A stretch of DNA of 63,235 bases, filler included, from Asterionella formosa (Eukaryota), in the NCBI GenBank assembly GCA_002256025.1. It is 5 parts of 5 records of this genome, joined end to end, with 100 filler letters (N's around TTAATTAATTAA, not from the genome) between each part and the next. Parts side by side here need not be neighbours in the genome. Positions count along the whole stretch, not along the records: positions 61,434 to 63,235 come from NKIB01001155.1; 4 more parts are not named here. One strand, given 5' to 3'. Positions 61,435-63,235 of this stretch are shown piece by piece. Within the stretch, counting starts at the first letter, position 1. Each line of letters begins with the position of its first letter. The translations under genes and the position numbers were made by a program. The notes beneath the pieces were generated by a model. It did no database searches and had not been told where the DNA came from. It saw only the letters and a program-made list of their open reading frames with translations.

Positions 61435-63235
61435 ATTGCTGATCGCCATTACAGAGGTATGTGCGATAATAGCGATGCTATTTATAATGACTCGTTGAGT
61501 ATATCTCACGTTAGTCATCACCTGAATAATATTGTTTATTTACAGGTTGAATACACTATGGATACCGCTGTTAATGTAACGCGGGATATATATAACTGTA
61601 TTGATGGACATGATGTTCCACATACATATCAGGGACCAATTCCGGTTTCTTGTTTTACTTCTAAGGATATATTAACATCAATTGATTTGATTCCGATGTC
61701 CCTTTTAGCGCCAAAATTGGTGGATAAACAAATACATTTGACAACAATACAACGATCATGTTTACGATCTATATTGGTTAAATATCAAACATTATTTGAT
61801 GGCAAATTAAAAGTCTATCCTCACAAACAGGTACATTTGGAATTATTATTAAATGCTGTCCCTCGTCATCAACGAGCATATCCGGTCGCTCATATTCATT
61901 TAGAAGTTTTCAAAACTGAATTACAACGATTATGTGATATTGGAGTCCTACAAAAATGTGGTGCTTCTAAATGGGCATCTCCCACTTTTATTATTCCAAA
62001 AAAGGATGGAAGTGTCCGATGGGTATCAGATTTTCGTGAACTTAATAAAGTCATCAATCGCAATATATATCCTTTGCCTCGAATACAAACTATTCTCACT
62101 AAACGTGCTGGATATGTATTTTTCACCAAATTGGATGTTTCCATGCAATACTATACTTTTGCATTGGATGTGGAGAGTCAAAACTTGTGTGTTATTTCAA
62201 CTCCATTTGGTTTATATAAATATTTACGCCTGCCTATGGGGGTGAAACAATCATCTGACATTGCACAAGAAACTATGGAACAGATCCTTAGTGATTTAGA
62301 TGATGTGGAAATTTATATTGATGATGTGGGTTGTTTTTCAATGAATTTTTCAGATCACCTTCATTTATTGGACACTATTTTACATCGTTTACAGATAAAT
62401 GGTTTTACAATTAATCCATCTAAGTGTGAATGGGCCGTCCAAGAGACAGATTGGTTAGGCTATTGGTTAACTCCTAATGGACTGAAACCTTGGTCTAAAA
62501 AAGTCCGAGCATTGATTAATATGTCTTCACCTACCAATCTTAAACAAGTTCGATCATTTCTCGGTGCTGTTACTTACTATCGAGACATGTTTCCTAGACG
62601 ATCGCATGTTCTTGGACCACTTACGGATTTAATTGGAACTAGTCCCTTTGTCTGGTTACCTATCCATCAACAAGCTTTTGAAGAAATGAAAGCATTGTTA
62701 GTTGCAGATACACTCATGCGTTATCCTGACCATAATCTCCCTTTTCATATCTTTACTGATGCCTCTGATTATCAATTAGGGTCGGTCATTATGCAAAATG
62801 ATCTCCCAGTTGCTTATTATTCTCGCAAATTATCTGCTGCTCAAAAGAATTATACTACTATTGAAAAAGAATTACTTTCTGTGGTAGAAACTTTCAAAGA
62901 ATTTCGCTCTATGTTATTGGGCGCAGTTCTACATGTTCACACTGATCATCGAAATCTTATTTATAATACATTACATACACAACGTGTTCTACGATGGCGA
63001 CTTTACATTGAAGAATACCATCCTACTTTTCATTATGTGAAAGGGACTGACAATGCTATTGCAGATTCCATCTCTCGCCTCCCGAGGCTTGAGTCTTTGG
63101 TGGAGGATGATATTGATATTGGACCGAAATCTCCAACATCAACTTCCACTTCTACTTTTTCAATTGAATTAGATGATGAACCTCTGCTTACATGTTTCCT
63201 TAATCATCCCATCTTGACAGACAATATTCAATATC
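61435..63235 (+). mobile_element. Ty3/Gypsy pol (RT + RNase H), apparently uninterrupted and running off the window end
   Basis: Frame-1 translation (absent from the ORF track because it has no stop): WASPTFIIPKKDGSVRWVSDFRELN, FTKLDVSMQYY, LPMG, YIDD (62314-62325), FTDASDYQLG, YYSRKL...YTTIEKELL, TDHRNL, NAIADSISRL. Confidence 0.95.

Noticed and set aside
60196..63235. Single chimeric element with Copia gag and Gypsy pol
   Set aside because: The two parts are on different contigs separated by an artificial linker

Overview
Eukaryotic, intron-containing sequence that looks like a diatom (stramenopile) draft genome. The evidence is an ASAF-type plastid presequence, CoDi-type Copia gag and type-II membrane LRR proteins. 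The window consists of five pieces joined by artificial 100-bp N44-TTAATTAATTAA-N44 linkers, so adjacency across those linkers is unproven. Host genes: a secreted Lys/Ser/Pro/Cys-rich cell-wall-type protein with a pseudogenised paralog, a plastid/thylakoid-targeted histidine-phosphatase-like protein, two paralogs of an unrecognised Ser/Arg-rich family, PP2A B'' subunit, two type-II LRR receptor-like genes plus an orphan LRR array, PDH E1-alpha, IMP3, a CCT-domain protein, DBP7 helicase and a Cu/Zn-SOD-fold protein that has lost most metal ligands. Much of the rest is transposon-derived: three Copia, one Gypsy, four PIF/Harbinger, one hAT with intact TIRs/TSD, a probable Kolobok remnant and LINE remnants. 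The most interesting signals are (i) an LRR locus with one-repeat-per-exon modules, hypervariable repeats on a conserved scaffold and a nearby headless LRR array, (ii) the ligand-less SOD pseudoenzyme, (iii) a recurrent TACC(W)GGTA palindrome family upstream of most genes, and (iv) the unrecognised paralog pair. All calls were made by eye, without database searches.
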